Below, piece after piece: positions 10,206 through 21,626 of a stretch of 64,000 nt of DNA. Numbering within the stretch: position 1 is the stretch's first letter; each line of letters opens with the position of its first letter. This stretch comes from an uncultured delta proteobacterium (lineage in GTDB: Bacteria > Myxococcota > Kuafuiibacteriia > Kuafuiibacteriales > Kuafuiibacteriaceae), in the NCBI GenBank assembly GCA_963803435.1, contig CAWDML010000006.1, forward strand, positions 96,001 to 160,000, read 5' to 3'. The notes under the pieces were generated by a model. The model was given only the letters and a program-made list of their open reading frames with translations. It was not told the DNA's origin and did not search any database. Made by a program: the position numbers and the translations under genes.

Positions 10206-11733
10206 CGCGGTGCCAATCGATCCGAGTGGGGTCCTCGAGCACCAGACGGATCGGGTGCTCCTCGCCGTCTTCGAAGCGCACGTCGAGGTGGAGGACGAGC
10301 GCCTGCGGATCCAGCTCGACGCGGCGCACCCCGGCGCCGATGAGCCGCACGCCCTCGAGTGGATCGCGCGGCGGATCGGGATCCGTGACGTCGTCGAAGG
10401 CACCGGCCTCGTCCGTCGGGTAGCCGACGGCCAGCTCGCCGACCCGCAGCGCCGCCCGCAGGCCGTCGTGATGCTCCACGAGCGCGGCGCCCTTCTGGAC
10501 GAGCGCCCGGAGCGCTTGCACCTCACGGCCGGGCTCCTGGAGGCCTCCTTCGTTCGAATAGATCGAGTCGCGGAGGGACGGGTGGTGCGCCGAGAGCTCG
10601 GCGTAGAGAGAGCGAAGCGAACGGAGGAGGATCGGGGCCACCTCGAACACCAGGCTGTTGTCGTCGCCGTCCAGCAGGATCTCGAGCCGCTCGACCACGC
10701 TGGAGAGATCCTCGATCAGCGCCGCCGGCTCGCGCGGTCGGGGCGGCACCACCTCGTCGTGGTCGGTGCGGGGGAGGAACGCCGGCTCCAGCGTGCGATC
10801 GAGGGGGGATCGTTCGTGCTGCTCGGCCGGCGCCACGGCGGCGGTCTGCTCGTCGACCTCCTGGTTCTTGGCGACCTCCTCCAGCTCGGATCGGAGCGCT
10901 TTGGTGTGGACGAGATCCTCCTTGCGTCGATCCTTCTCCGCCAGCCGCTCGACCGCCGCGATCGATCGCATCACCGCGTCCACGTCGACCGGACGTTCGC
11001 TCATCCGCAGGATCACGTCGGCCGTGAAGAGCACGCCGGCCAGCACCAGGTTCCTGCGCCGCTCCAGCTCGGCCGCCAGCTCGGCCAGCGCGAAGAACGA
11101 GCGGAGGCTGCGGATCGCCTGCCAGCCCTCCCAGACCGAGAGCCCGATCCCGAGGTCCTCGTCCTGGTTGATCGCGCTCTCGACCAGACCGGTGGCACAG
11201 CGGATCAGGCCCCGGTCGGCGTCGAAGCGACGCTTCGCCTTCGCGGTCGCTCGAGCGTAGTAGTAGGCCTCCAGCGCCGCGTACGTGAGGACGCGGCAAG
11301 CGCCGCCGTGGGTCAGCCCGGGATCCTGCCGGAGGCTGGCGGACAGCTCGCTGGCCAGGGCCACCGCCTTGAGCACGGTCTCCTGATCCGACTCCTCGCC
11401 CGCCAGCAGGTGATGCAGGCCTTCGAGCCCGACGCTGATCTCGACCGGGTCCACCGTCTCGAAGCGCGCGAGCATCGGCTGGAACGCGTCGCCGATCGAT
11501 CGCAGGAGCTCCGCGAGCGAGGCGGCGACCGCGAGCACCGGGTTCGCGTGCGCAGGATAGTCGTGCAGGAACCAGTCGCTGTCGCCACGGACGCTGGCGT
11601 CGACCGCACGCCCGAGGAGCAGCGCGTCGACACGAACGCCGGCGTGCGCCTCCTGCGCGTTCTTCGCCAGGCGAAGGCGCGACATCGGCTGCGGGCCGAT
11701 CGTGATGTCGAGACGCGGGGGGGTGCGGGGCAC
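10072..11733 (-). CDS. Hypothetical protein (helical N-terminal part, small beta-rich C-terminal domain)
   Basis: 553-aa ORF with protein-like composition filling the gap; no recognised motif. Confidence 0.6.
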   Translation of the reverse strand: MPRTPPRLDITIGPQPMSRLRLAKNAQEAHAGVRVDALLLGRAVDASVRGDSDWFLHDYPAHANPVLAVAASLAELLRSIGDAFQPMLARFETVDPVEISVGLEGLHHLLAGEESDQETVLKAVALASELSASLRQDPGLTHGGACRVLTYAALEAYYYARATAKAKRRFDADRGLIRCATGLVESAINQDEDLGIGLSVWEGWQAIRSLRSFFALAELAAELERRRNLVLAGVLFTADVILRMSERPVDVDAVMRSIAAVERLAEKDRRKEDLVHTKALRSELEEVAKNQEVDEQTAAVAPAEQHERSPLDRTLEPAFLPRTDHDEVVPPRPREPAALIEDLSSVVERLEILLDGDDNSLVFEVAPILLRSLRSLYAELSAHHPSLRDSIYSNEGGLQEPGREVQALRALVQKGAALVEHHDGLRAALRVGELAVGYPTDEAGAFDDVTDPDPPRDPLEGVRLIGAGVRRVELDPQALVLHLDVRFEDGEEHPIRLVLEDPTRIDWHRVNLACGMDSLGRIDRFERDAARVRIAGAWGDVEVIGAELRIAIE

Positions 11734-11818
11734 CCGATCAGGTTACCGGCGCAGCGGACCGGACAGTAGCCTCCAGGCGGCGAAAGCGACCCGCCGGAAA
11801 TGGTGGCATCATCGGGCC

Positions 11819-12665
<847 letters not shown>

Positions 12666-12685
<20 letters not shown>

Positions 12686-14066
12686 ACCAAGCGATCCGCT
12701 GCTCGACGAGCTGATCTTCGGGCAGCGCGCCGTCGACCATCGGCACGATCACGTCCGCACCGAGGACCGTCATCGAGCGTTGGGCCTCCAGCCCGTCCGC
12801 CGGGAGGCCGCTCGGATCGCACAGGAGACCGCCCTCGTCGAGGTAGCGGAAGAGGCTGCTGCCGCTCAGGAACACCAGCCCGTCCGGCGCCACCTCCGGG
12901 TAGCGCTGCACGCCGTTGATCGGCTCGATGTCGAAGCCGGCGATCTGGCGCCAGGTCTGGTCGCCCTCGGGTTGGAGGTGGACCTCGCCCGCCGACGTGC
13001 CCGCCACCAGACCGTAGCCCGGGAACTCCTGGATCTGGACCACCGAGCCCAGCACCACCGAGGAGACCCGAATCGAGACCTCGACGCCGTCCCGGGCGCC
13101 GAACACCTCGGTGTCGCGATAGAACGACGCGAACAAGCCATACCCGGGTGCAACCCAGGTTGCATCATGCGGCGTGTTCCGGCGGAGGCCCGGCACGGTC
13201 CAGCGCTGACCGTCGAACCACTCGAAGGCGCCCCACTGCTCGTCCTGGGCGCGGTTCGTGGTGAGCGCGAACTGCTCGCGGGGCGTCCCGCTCGCCGGTC
13301 CCACCAGCGAGATGATGTCCTCGCGGCTGCTCACCGTGCTCGACGCGGTCACCTCGAGCGCGGGCGTGGGCTCGGCCGTGAAGGTGGCGCGGTACACCAC
13401 GCCCTGCTCACCGCCCAGCCAGATGATCCCGTCGTCCTGGCGATAGCCGTCGAAGAAGCTCGAGGGGAGCCCGCGCTGCTCGACCACGCTCCGATCGCGG
13501 TCGACGAAGAAGACCTTCCCAGGCTCGGCGGGGAGGAGCCGCGTGTTGGTGCCGATCAGCACCCACCGATCGTCGAGCGCCAGCGCGAACGTGGGCGCGC
13601 CGGCGAGGCCGAGGTCGACCGTGTCCGCGACCAGCCGCCCGCACGGATCGGGCGCGGTGATCCGGAACGCTTCGAGGGCCGGCGGCACGGTGCCGTCGGT
13701 CCACTCCGAGGCTTGGCCATCGCCAATCGTCAGCCGCGCGACGCGCTCCGCCCTGGGGAGCGGCTGCTGGTGGGCCGGGTCCTCCTCGGGGCTCAACACG
13801 CCCGGCGCCAGGCCCAGCGCGTCGAGGGTCTGATCGTAGAGGAGCGCGGTGACGAGGACCTCGCCGTCGAGAGGGAAGCGAACGTTGATCGGATCGACCG
13901 TTCGGTCCTGCGCGATCGAGAGCGCATGCACGGTGAGCGCGCGATCGATCTCGACGCCGACGACCATCGATCGGTGCTGATCGAGGATCGGCACGTCGAC
14001 GCGGAGCGCGACGGGAGCGGCCTGCGAACAGGCGGCCAGGGCCAGCGCCAGCGCCGCGCGCCTCAC
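12666..14066 (-). CDS. Lipoprotein of unknown function, probable C-terminal beta-propeller
   Basis: [13 protein letters not shown] lipobox; repeated short beta-strand units ([22 protein letters not shown]). Confidence 0.65.
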
Positions 14067-14085
14067 GATCCCGAGCGTACCCCGA

Positions 14086-14418
14086 TCAATCCGGAGGATG
14101 GAGGTCGAGCGCCTTGCCCAGGCGCCGGGAGGTTCGCTCGGTCAGGAGCTTCCACAGCTCCTCGCCAGTCTTCGTGGAGAGCCAGGCCTCGCCGTTCCAG
14201 TCGAAGTGCCAGGCGGAGGCGTCCGCCGACATCCAGATCTGCCGGGCGGCCCGATGGCTGTTGACCACGTACTTGGTGCCGTCCTCGAAGACGATCGAGA
14301 GCACGCCGCTCTCGAGGTCCACCTCGAGGCCCTCCTCCTCGGCATCGGCGAGCACCTCGACCATGTCGTTCAGCGTGCAATCGGCGACGGACTCGAACTC
14401 GCTCTCCGACAGTGCCAT
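14086..14418 (-). CDS. cyaY: Frataxin-family iron donor CyaY
   Basis: 110 aa; acidic N-terminal helix (SESEFESVADCTL); GVLSIVFEDGTKYVVN, QIWMS and WHFDW motifs. Confidence 0.9.
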   Translation of the reverse strand: MALSESEFESVADCTLNDMVEVLADAEEEGLEVDLESGVLSIVFEDGTKYVVNSHRAARQIWMSADASAWHFDWNGEAWLSTKTGEELWKLLTERTSRRLGKALDLHPPD

Positions 14419-14552
14419 GGCGCCGGCAGCCTGCCCCAGCCGGCACGGGAGCGTCGAGGACCAAGCCTGCGCGCACCTACATGACCCTCTAATGTAACCT
14501 CGGTTTCCATCCCGATGGACGGACAGGACAGTTCAGGGCGACACGTTGCGTC

Positions 14553-17111
14553 ATGGCCCGCGCGCTCCCCTGGATTCTGCCCTTGATCGCGGCCTGCGGC
14601 GTCGATCCGCCGGCGGGCGACCCCGTGGTGCTCCGGGCCCTCTTCGACCCGCAGACCGGCGCGATCCCCAAACCGACCGACCTCCTCCGGGACGCCGACC
14701 TCGGCCACCTGGTGATCCCCGCCGAGCCCGAAGATCTGGCCGGCAAGACCCCGGCCGAAGCCGCGCTGATCCGCGCGCTCAATCAGCGTGACGGATGGCC
14801 CCGCACCCTGAAGGCCGAGGTCGAGATCAGCGGCCCCCTCGATCCCGCCTCGGTCACGAAGAGCGCGATCCGGATCTTCGAGATCGACGAGGCCGGCAAC
14901 CCGCGCCCGCTCGACCTCCCGATCACCGGGGAGCCCGCGCGGGCGCCCACCAAGGTCACCGTGGCGCCGCCAGAGGGCGGATGGCAGCGCGGCCGTACGT
15001 ACCTGGTGATCGCGCTCGGCGGTACCTCAGGGCTCGCGGGACAGAACGGCGAGCCGGTGGTCGCCGACGCCGCCTTCTACTTCCTGCGCGCGCAGGTGCC
15101 GCTCACCGATCACGTGCGGGCCCTCCCGGGCACCACCCAGGAGGAGCGCCGTCAAAAGGCCGAGGACCTGGAGAGGATCCGGCTCGAGCTCGCGCCCTGG
15201 TTCGCGCACGCCGAGAAGCTGGGGCTGGCGCGGGATCAGATCGTCTCGCTGTGGAGCTTCACGGCCTCCGACGCCGTCGAGGTGGTGATGGACAAGGACG
15301 CCGGCCGGATGCCGCTGCCCTCCGACTTCCTCCGAGATCCCGCGACCGGGCTCATCGACATCCCGGCGCGCGACGACGACACCGCGCTGGAGCGGAACGC
15401 CAAAGTCGACCTGGCCAGGCTCGACGGCTTCGCCCTCTCGGCCGACCTGCTCTTCGACCTCTCCGGACCGTTCGATCCGGCGACGCTGCCCGGCGCGGTG
15501 CACCTGTTCGCGCTCCCCGAGGACGGCCCGCCGGTCGAGATCCCGATCTCCGCCGAGTCGCGGCGCGCCGACACCGCGGTGGTGGCCAAGCTTCCCGAGC
15601 ATCCGCTGGCGCCGGCCACCGATCACCTCGTGATCGTCACCCGCGAGCTGCGGGACGGCCGCGGGCGCTCGGTCGCGCCGATGTTGCCCGGGATGCTGGC
15701 GCTCCTCGATGCGCCGCTCTACGACGGCACGCGCTCGCTGGTGGCCTCGGTGGACGACGAGTCGGCCGCGCGCGTCGAGCCGGTTCGTGCGGCGGCGACC
15801 CGCGGGCTGGCCGCGGTCGAGCGCGCCGGGCTCGTCGACGCTGATCAGGTCGCGGTGGCCTGGCCGTTCCACACCATGTCGGTGTACGCGCCGATGCGGG
15901 CCGCCCGCGACGCCGCCGAGCTGGTCGATCTGTCGCCCGATCCGATCGACGTGGAGCGCGTCTCTCCGATCCAGGCGGCGCTCGACTTCCCGCTCTCTGC
16001 CCTGACGCTCCTCCGCGTGGGCGATGTGTACGAGGGCACGATCCTGACCACGGACTTCCTGGATCCGCTGACCCGCAAGAATCGCGAGGACGGCAGCTGG
16101 GAGCCGCGCGAGATCAAATTCGTGATGACGGTGCCCGCGAGCCACGATCCGGGTTCGCCGCTCCCGGTCGTGATCTTCGGTCACGGCCTGATGACGGAGC
16201 GCCGCTTCGTGCTGGCGTTGGGCGATGCGCTCGCCGCCGAAGGGCTCGCCGCCATCTCGATCGACCTCCCCTACCACGGCGCCCGGACGCACTGCGTGCT
16301 GAGCGGACCCCAGTGCCTGGTCAACCCGCTCGACCAATCAGGTCCACTGATCTGTCCCGCGCCCTGCCAGAGCGGTACCACCTGCGCGCCCGACGGCCGC
16401 TGCGTCGACAACGCCGGCGAGGGCAACGCGCTGCAGGACTGGCCGATCGTCGGCTTCCCGCAGGCGAGCGGCGGCGCCTTCGTCGACGTCGACAACATGG
16501 TCGGCACACGCGACCACTTCTATCAGGCGGTCACCGATCTCTCGGCGCTCGAGCGCTCGTTGATGAAGGGTGACTGGGAGCGCGCGATCGGATCGCCGAT
16601 CGATCCTTCCGTCCGCTACATCGGTCAGAGCCTCGGCGGCATCATCGGCGCCGTCTTCGCCGCGGTTCATCCGGAGATCCAGAACGTGGTGCTCAACGTT
16701 CCCGGTGCCGACATGATCGACATGTTCCGCCAGTCGGTGGTCTTCAAGCCCCACTTCGACGCCTTCCTGGCGCGCGAGATGATCGAACCAGGCAGCGCCA
16801 AGCACGACCAGATCCTCAATATCGCGCGCTGGATCATGGATCCGATCGATCCGCAGACCTTCGCAGACTTCTTGCTCGGCGAGCCTTTCGAGCCCGACGC
16901 GTCGCTGGTCGACCGCCGGGTCCTGATTCAGATGGCGACGCTCGATCTCGTGATCCCGAACGAGGAGACCATGGTGCTCGAGCACCTCTCGACGGCGCCG
17001 CGCGAGGACTACCTCGCCGAGCACGGGTTCATCGTGATCCCGGTGGAGCCGGCCTATCCGCGCGGGACCCGCGAAGCCGCCGCGCTGCTGGCGCGGGGAG
17101 AGATGCCGTGA
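14553..17111 (+). CDS. Lipoprotein lipase/phospholipase (VolA/Pla-1-like alpha/beta hydrolase)
   Basis: LIAAC lipobox; duplicated N-terminal P(K/L)P(T/S)D(L/F)L units; PVVIFGHGL, IDLPYHGAR, nucleophile elbow GQSLGG, D in DLVIPN and H in EHGF. Confidence 0.8.
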   Translation: MARALPWILPLIAACGVDPPAGDPVVLRALFDPQTGAIPKPTDLLRDADLGHLVIPAEPEDLAGKTPAEAALIRALNQRDGWPRTLKAEVEISGPLDPASVTKSAIRIFEIDEAGNPRPLDLPITGEPARAPTKVTVAPPEGGWQRGRTYLVIALGGTSGLAGQNGEPVVADAAFYFLRAQVPLTDHVRALPGTTQEERRQKAEDLERIRLELAPWFAHAEKLGLARDQIVSLWSFTASDAVEVVMDKDAGRMPLPSDFLRDPATGLIDIPARDDDTALERNAKVDLARLDGFALSADLLFDLSGPFDPATLPGAVHLFALPEDGPPVEIPISAESRRADTAVVAKLPEHPLAPATDHLVIVTRELRDGRGRSVAPMLPGMLALLDAPLYDGTRSLVASVDDESAARVEPVRAAATRGLAAVERAGLVDADQVAVAWPFHTMSVYAPMRAARDAAELVDLSPDPIDVERVSPIQAALDFPLSALTLLRVGDVYEGTILTTDFLDPLTRKNREDGSWEPREIKFVMTVPASHDPGSPLPVVIFGHGLMTERRFVLALGDALAAEGLAAISIDLPYHGARTHCVLSGPQCLVNPLDQSGPLICPAPCQSGTTCAPDGRCVDNAGEGNALQDWPIVGFPQASGGAFVDVDNMVGTRDHFYQAVTDLSALERSLMKGDWERAIGSPIDPSVRYIGQSLGGIIGAVFAAVHPEIQNVVLNVPGADMIDMFRQSVVFKPHFDAFLAREMIEPGSAKHDQILNIARWIMDPIDPQTFADFLLGEPFEPDASLVDRRVLIQMATLDLVIPNEETMVLEHLSTAPREDYLAEHGFIVIPVEPAYPRGTREAAALLARGEMP

Positions 17112-18292
17112 CGAGGACGATCCTGCCCCTGCTCCTCCTCTTCGTGCCTGGCGCCGCCTCCGCTGCCGGCTGGTCGACCGCCGACCGCAGCGTCACCGCC
17201 ATGGCCACCGGCGGCGCCGGCGCCGCCCGGACCGACGACCCGGGCGCGAACGCGTACAACCCCGCGGCCGGCCTGTTCCGTCCCGGGCTCGCCGCCGCCG
17301 CCGGCGTGGTCATAGCGGCGCCGATCCTCGACGCCACCGCCGACGGGCTCGACGCCGGCGCCCGCGGTGTCGTCACGCCCCCGCTGCTCCACCTGCGCTG
17401 GGCCGGCGAGAGCTTCGGCCTGGGCGCGTCGTTCTCGGTCCCGTTCGGCACGCAGGTGGTCTGGCCGGACGGTTGGGCCGGCCGCTTCGAGCTCCAGCAG
17501 GCCCACGTCCAGGTCTTCCGCACGGAGGCCTTCGCGGGCGGCCGCCTGGGACCGGTCTCGTTCGCGGCGGGCGCCTTCGTCGACGTGGCGCGGCTCTCGT
17601 TCCTCCGCGCGCTCGACTTCGTCGACACCGAGGGTAGCACGTCGATCGAGACGCGCGCGCACGGCTTCGGCGGAGAGGCGTCCGTCTTCGTTCGCGCGTT
17701 CGACGCGCTCGATCTGGGCCTCTCCTATCAGAGCCGCAGCCGGCTCGCGTTCTCCGGATGGGCCGACTTCTCGGTGCCACCCGAGTTCTCCGCCAAGGCC
17801 GCCGATCAGCGCCTCACCACGCGCGTGACGCTCCCCGATCGCTTCCGGCTGGGCGCGCTCTACCGCGTCACGGACACGGTCGAGGTCGTCGCCGATCTCG
17901 AGCTCGTCCTCTGGAGCACGATCGATCAGCTCGCGCTGGACTTCGAGAACGAGGAGACCACCGACCAGGTCCAGCCCCGCAACTGGAAGACCACCGTCGC
18001 GCCCCGTCTGGGCGCTTCCTGGCGCGCCCTCGACTTCCTCACCTTGCGGGCGGGCTTCTTCGTCGATCCCTCGCCGGTGCCGCGGTCGACCGTCGGACCC
18101 GCCTCGCCGGACTCGACGCGGATCGGGCTGACGGCCGGCGCCGGCCTCGAGATTTATGGCGGCCTCGGCCTCGACCTCGGCTATCAGCTCCTCCTCTTCA
18201 CCGGGCAGGAGGCGGAGTCCGGCGAGATGGCCGGGGTCCGGTACGGCGGTCAGGTGCACCTGTTCGGCGCAGCGCTCCGGCTGGTGCTCTGA
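17108..18292 (+). CDS. OmpP1/FadL/TodX outer-membrane long-chain fatty acid transporter
   Basis: Signal peptide; AMATGGAGAARTDDPGANAYNPA hatch motif; LPDRFRLG, LTLRAGF and SPDSTR motifs; GTGA overlap with the lipase stop. Confidence 0.85.
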   Translation: MTRTILPLLLLFVPGAASAAGWSTADRSVTAMATGGAGAARTDDPGANAYNPAAGLFRPGLAAAAGVVIAAPILDATADGLDAGARGVVTPPLLHLRWAGESFGLGASFSVPFGTQVVWPDGWAGRFELQQAHVQVFRTEAFAGGRLGPVSFAAGAFVDVARLSFLRALDFVDTEGSTSIETRAHGFGGEASVFVRAFDALDLGLSYQSRSRLAFSGWADFSVPPEFSAKAADQRLTTRVTLPDRFRLGALYRVTDTVEVVADLELVLWSTIDQLALDFENEETTDQVQPRNWKTTVAPRLGASWRALDFLTLRAGFFVDPSPVPRSTVGPASPDSTRIGLTAGAGLEIYGGLGLDLGYQLLLFTGQEAESGEMAGVRYGGQVHLFGAALRLVL

Positions 18293-18300
18293 GTCGGCTC

Positions 18301-20355
18301 TCACGTCTCCAGGAGAGCGGTCTCCAGGAGCAGGTAGGCGATCGAGAGGATCAGGTGCGCCTCCGGGGGGCGCGCCTCGACCAGGGACTCGATGGTCTCT
18401 CCGCGCGCCAGGGCGCGGGCCACGTCGAAGCGCGGCTGGTCGAGCTCGAGCGCCTGGATCCCGCGGGCGAACCGCCGGGAGATCGAGAAGCGGGTGGCCA
18501 GCACCGGCGCCAGCGCCGAGGTCAGCATCGCCTCGGTGAAGGCCTTCGGGACGATCTCGGCGAACAGCGGGAAGATCGACTCGGCGAACGGCTCACCGGC
18601 CACCCGTCGCCCCTCGTCGAGGGTGTACGCGCCGCTCTGCCAGCCGAGCAAGGCGATCAAGCGCTCCTTCATGAGGTACAGCCGCAGCGCGGCGGGCGAC
18701 CACTCGGGGTGGATCTGCGAGACGAAGCGCTCGAGCGGCTCCTCGCATGACAGCACCCCGTGGAAGAGCTCGGGCAGCTGACCCGAGGCCACCAGGCCCA
18801 TCGACGTCAGCACTTCGGGGAGCTGCAGACGGAACAGGTTGGAGCTCACGAAGACCGGGCGACCCCGAGAGAACACGACCTCGACGCGCAGCTCACGGCC
18901 GTTCTGATCGCTGACCAGCGTCAGCCGCCCGTCCGACGCTTGCTCGGAGAGGTGCGCGAGCAAGGACACCGCGCTCCTTTGCTCCAGCAGGCCGTGCGCC
19001 ATCGTCGAGAGATCGCGCGTGGTGTCCTCGGAGAAGAGGGCCTCCTGCCCCGTGAGCTCGGCGAAGCGCGCCACCATCATCCAGCGCTTCTCGTCGGGCG
19101 AGAGCAACAGCGGCGATCCCTCGCGCACTTGCTCGCGGGCCAGGACCAGCGCGTCGAAGTAGCTGAACGGACCCGAGACCCGCTTGGCGTCGTCGATCCA
19201 GAACGGATACAGCCCGTCGTAGCGTGCTGTGGGCACGGGCATCGGATCGTTCTCGACGACGTCGACGTCGAAGATCACGCCGTGCTGCTCCAGCGCCGGC
19301 TTGAAGGCGATGTCCGCCGAGGAGGAGGCGAAGCTGCGGCCGCTGTCGCTGGTGCTCTCGCTCCGGACCAGCCGGGCGACGTCGGAGGACGGGAGGTCGC
19401 CCTGCCGCATCCGTACGAAGTCGTCGACGATCGCGCGGACGTCGTCGGGGAAGATACGCGGCTTGAGATCCTGGAGGATCTCGAGGAGACGGGTCGCGAA
19501 GTCGCGTGCGGTCAGAAAGCGCTGCGACGGAGAGGGTCGGAGCGCACGGAGCACGCAGGCGTCCAGCTCGCGCGGGATGTCGCCGAAGTGCGAGGAGGGC
19601 GCGACGCGCTCACCGGTGCAGATCAGGTTCATCGTCTCGATCTCGGGACGGCGTCCCCCGAAGAGGCGGCGCTGCGCCAGCATCTCCCACAGGACCACGC
19701 CCGCCGCGAAGACGTCCGAGCGCTGATCGAGCGGCCGGTGATAGAGCTGCTCGGGGGACATGTAGGAGAGCTTGCCCTTGATCGTCCCCGTGAGCGTCTG
19801 CTCGGAGCGCGAGTGGTCCTTGGCCACGCCGAAGTCGCCGAGCTTCACCTCACCGGTCTTGGACACGAAGATGTTGGAGGGCGAGACGTCGCGGTGCACC
19901 ACGTTGCGGGGGCGGCCCTCCTGGTCCTTGAGCTCGTGCGCGTAACCCAGGCCCGCCAGGACGTCGGTCATCACCTTGACCGTGAACCAGACCGGGAGGC
20001 GGACCTTGTGCTTGTTGGCGGTCTGGAGGATCTGCCGCAGGTCGGTCCCCTCGACGTACTCGAGGACCATGAACAGGCGTCCCTCCGTCTCCTCGAGCTC
20101 GAAGACCTGGACGATGTTCTGGTGGTGAATGTTCGCGGCCAGCTTCGCCTCGGCGACGAACATGTTCACCATCTCGGGTCGCGCCACCAGCTCGGGGCGC
20201 ATCAGCTTGATGACGACGATCTTCTCGAAGCCGGCCGCGCCCGGAAGCTTGGCGCGAAACACCTCGGCCATGCCGCCTTCACCCAGGCGATCCAGGAGCT
20301 CGTATTTGCCGAGATGCGTCGGCAACACGATCTCGACCTGTATCCGAATCGCCAC
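18301..20355 (-). CDS. Ser/Thr protein kinase with C-terminal DUF4388-like domain
   Basis: LGEGGMAEVF, VVIK, HRDVSPSN, DFG and YMSPEQ motifs; C-terminal LLAHLSEQASDGRLTL...LLGWQSGAYTL resembles PatA/DUF4388. Confidence 0.9.
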   Translation of the reverse strand: MAIRIQVEIVLPTHLGKYELLDRLGEGGMAEVFRAKLPGAAGFEKIVVIKLMRPELVARPEMVNMFVAEAKLAANIHHQNIVQVFELEETEGRLFMVLEYVEGTDLRQILQTANKHKVRLPVWFTVKVMTDVLAGLGYAHELKDQEGRPRNVVHRDVSPSNIFVSKTGEVKLGDFGVAKDHSRSEQTLTGTIKGKLSYMSPEQLYHRPLDQRSDVFAAGVVLWEMLAQRRLFGGRRPEIETMNLICTGERVAPSSHFGDIPRELDACVLRALRPSPSQRFLTARDFATRLLEILQDLKPRIFPDDVRAIVDDFVRMRQGDLPSSDVARLVRSESTSDSGRSFASSSADIAFKPALEQHGVIFDVDVVENDPMPVPTARYDGLYPFWIDDAKRVSGPFSYFDALVLAREQVREGSPLLLSPDEKRWMMVARFAELTGQEALFSEDTTRDLSTMAHGLLEQRSAVSLLAHLSEQASDGRLTLVSDQNGRELRVEVVFSRGRPVFVSSNLFRLQLPEVLTSMGLVASGQLPELFHGVLSCEEPLERFVSQIHPEWSPAALRLYLMKERLIALLGWQSGAYTLDEGRRVAGEPFAESIFPLFAEIVPKAFTEAMLTSALAPVLATRFSISRRFARGIQALELDQPRFDVARALARGETIESLVEARPPEAHLILSIAYLLLETALLET

Positions 20356-20447
20356 GTTTCCGCGAGGTCAAACGGGTCCGCGCCCCGTGTCCCGGGTGAA
20401 TACGCGATCACCTGCTCCCATGAAGTGTGCAACGCGTGCAGCGCGCG

Positions 20448-21593
20448 TCATGTCGCGGCGCGTTCCACCCGTTTGATGGCCAATAGGCCATAGCAGGCGG
20501 TGGCGCACAGCGCGGCGACCGCCGCGGTGCGGAAGACGGCACGCCCGCCGTCCGCCTCGAAGATCGATCCACCCAGCAGGTACCCGAACATCATCCCCAG
20601 TCCGACCGCGGTGAGCGCGACCGACTGCACGCTGGTGCGCAGCGCTTCGGGTGCCTCGTCTTGAACGTACTTCACCATCGAGAGGTACCAGAGGCCGAAC
20701 GTGAACGCGTGGAGGGTCTGAGCGAAGAGGATCGGCGCGCGCTCGATCGCCGTGGAGAGGATGAGCCAGCGACCGACGGCGACCACGGTGCAGAAGACCA
20801 TCAGGCGGCGCGCGTCGAATCTCGCCAGCAGCCGCGGTCCGAAGAACATGATCGCGACCTCGCAGAACACGCCGACCGCCCAGCCGATCCCGATGAAGGT
20901 GTCGTCGTAGCCGAGCGCGCGCAGGTGGAGGCCGAAGTAAACGTCGAAGATCGAGTGACCGATGTAGTGGAACACGGTGCCGAGCAGGACCAGAGGCAGC
21001 GACGAGCTCCAGATGGTCCGGAGGGTCAGCATGAAGACATGGGGGCGGCGCTCCGGCGGCGGCGCCTCCAGGCCCAGCGCCATCAGGAACGACAGGAAGT
21101 AGACGACCGCGGCGAGGACGACCAGGCGGCCGGGATGTCTCGAGACCTCGAGCCGACCCGCGAGCACCGCGGAGAGCGCAAAGCCGAGCGAGCCCCAGAT
21201 GCGGATGGTGGCGAAGCGGCCGCGACCCTCGGCCAGCATGGCGTGCGCGGCGGCGTCGGCCAGCGGCGTGATCGAGGCGCGGAAGAAGCAGATGAACGCC
21301 ATCGCGAACAAGCTCCCGGCGAGCCTCCAGTCGGGATAGAGCAGCAGGATGGAGGAGGCGGCGCCGATCGAGGCGACGCGGATCAGGATCACGCGCGCGT
21401 GGAGCGCGTCGGCGAGCACGCCCCAGAGCGAGGGCACGAGCAGGCTCGCGACCGGGACCAGGAACATCACCCGCGCGATCTCGGTCGGACTGAGCCCGCG
21501 CGCGTCGAACAGGAGAGGGAGGAACGGCATGACCGCTCCGAGGGCGCCGAAGTTGAAGAAGTAGAAGGCGCTCAGGCGACGGACCGGGGTCAG
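20448..21593 (-). CDS. MFS transporter (MFS_1_like, HcaT/nucleoside-permease-like)
   Basis: Multi-TM pattern with IRIWGSLGF and LHAFTFG; the frame stays open 5' of ATG 21530 and encodes TM1 LSAFYFFNFGALG, so the start is extended to CTG 21593. Confidence 0.85.
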   Translation of the reverse strand: MTPVRRLSAFYFFNFGALGAVMPFLPLLFDARGLSPTEIARVMFLVPVASLLVPSLWGVLADALHARVILIRVASIGAASSILLLYPDWRLAGSLFAMAFICFFRASITPLADAAAHAMLAEGRGRFATIRIWGSLGFALSAVLAGRLEVSRHPGRLVVLAAVVYFLSFLMALGLEAPPPERRPHVFMLTLRTIWSSSLPLVLLGTVFHYIGHSIFDVYFGLHLRALGYDDTFIGIGWAVGVFCEVAIMFFGPRLLARFDARRLMVFCTVVAVGRWLILSTAIERAPILFAQTLHAFTFGLWYLSMVKYVQDEAPEALRTSVQSVALTAVGLGMMFGYLLGGSIFEADGGRAVFRTAAVAALCATACYGLLAIKRVERAAT

Positions 21594-21626
21594 AGCCCCA
21601 CACCCTCCACGGCGGGACGGACCCAG

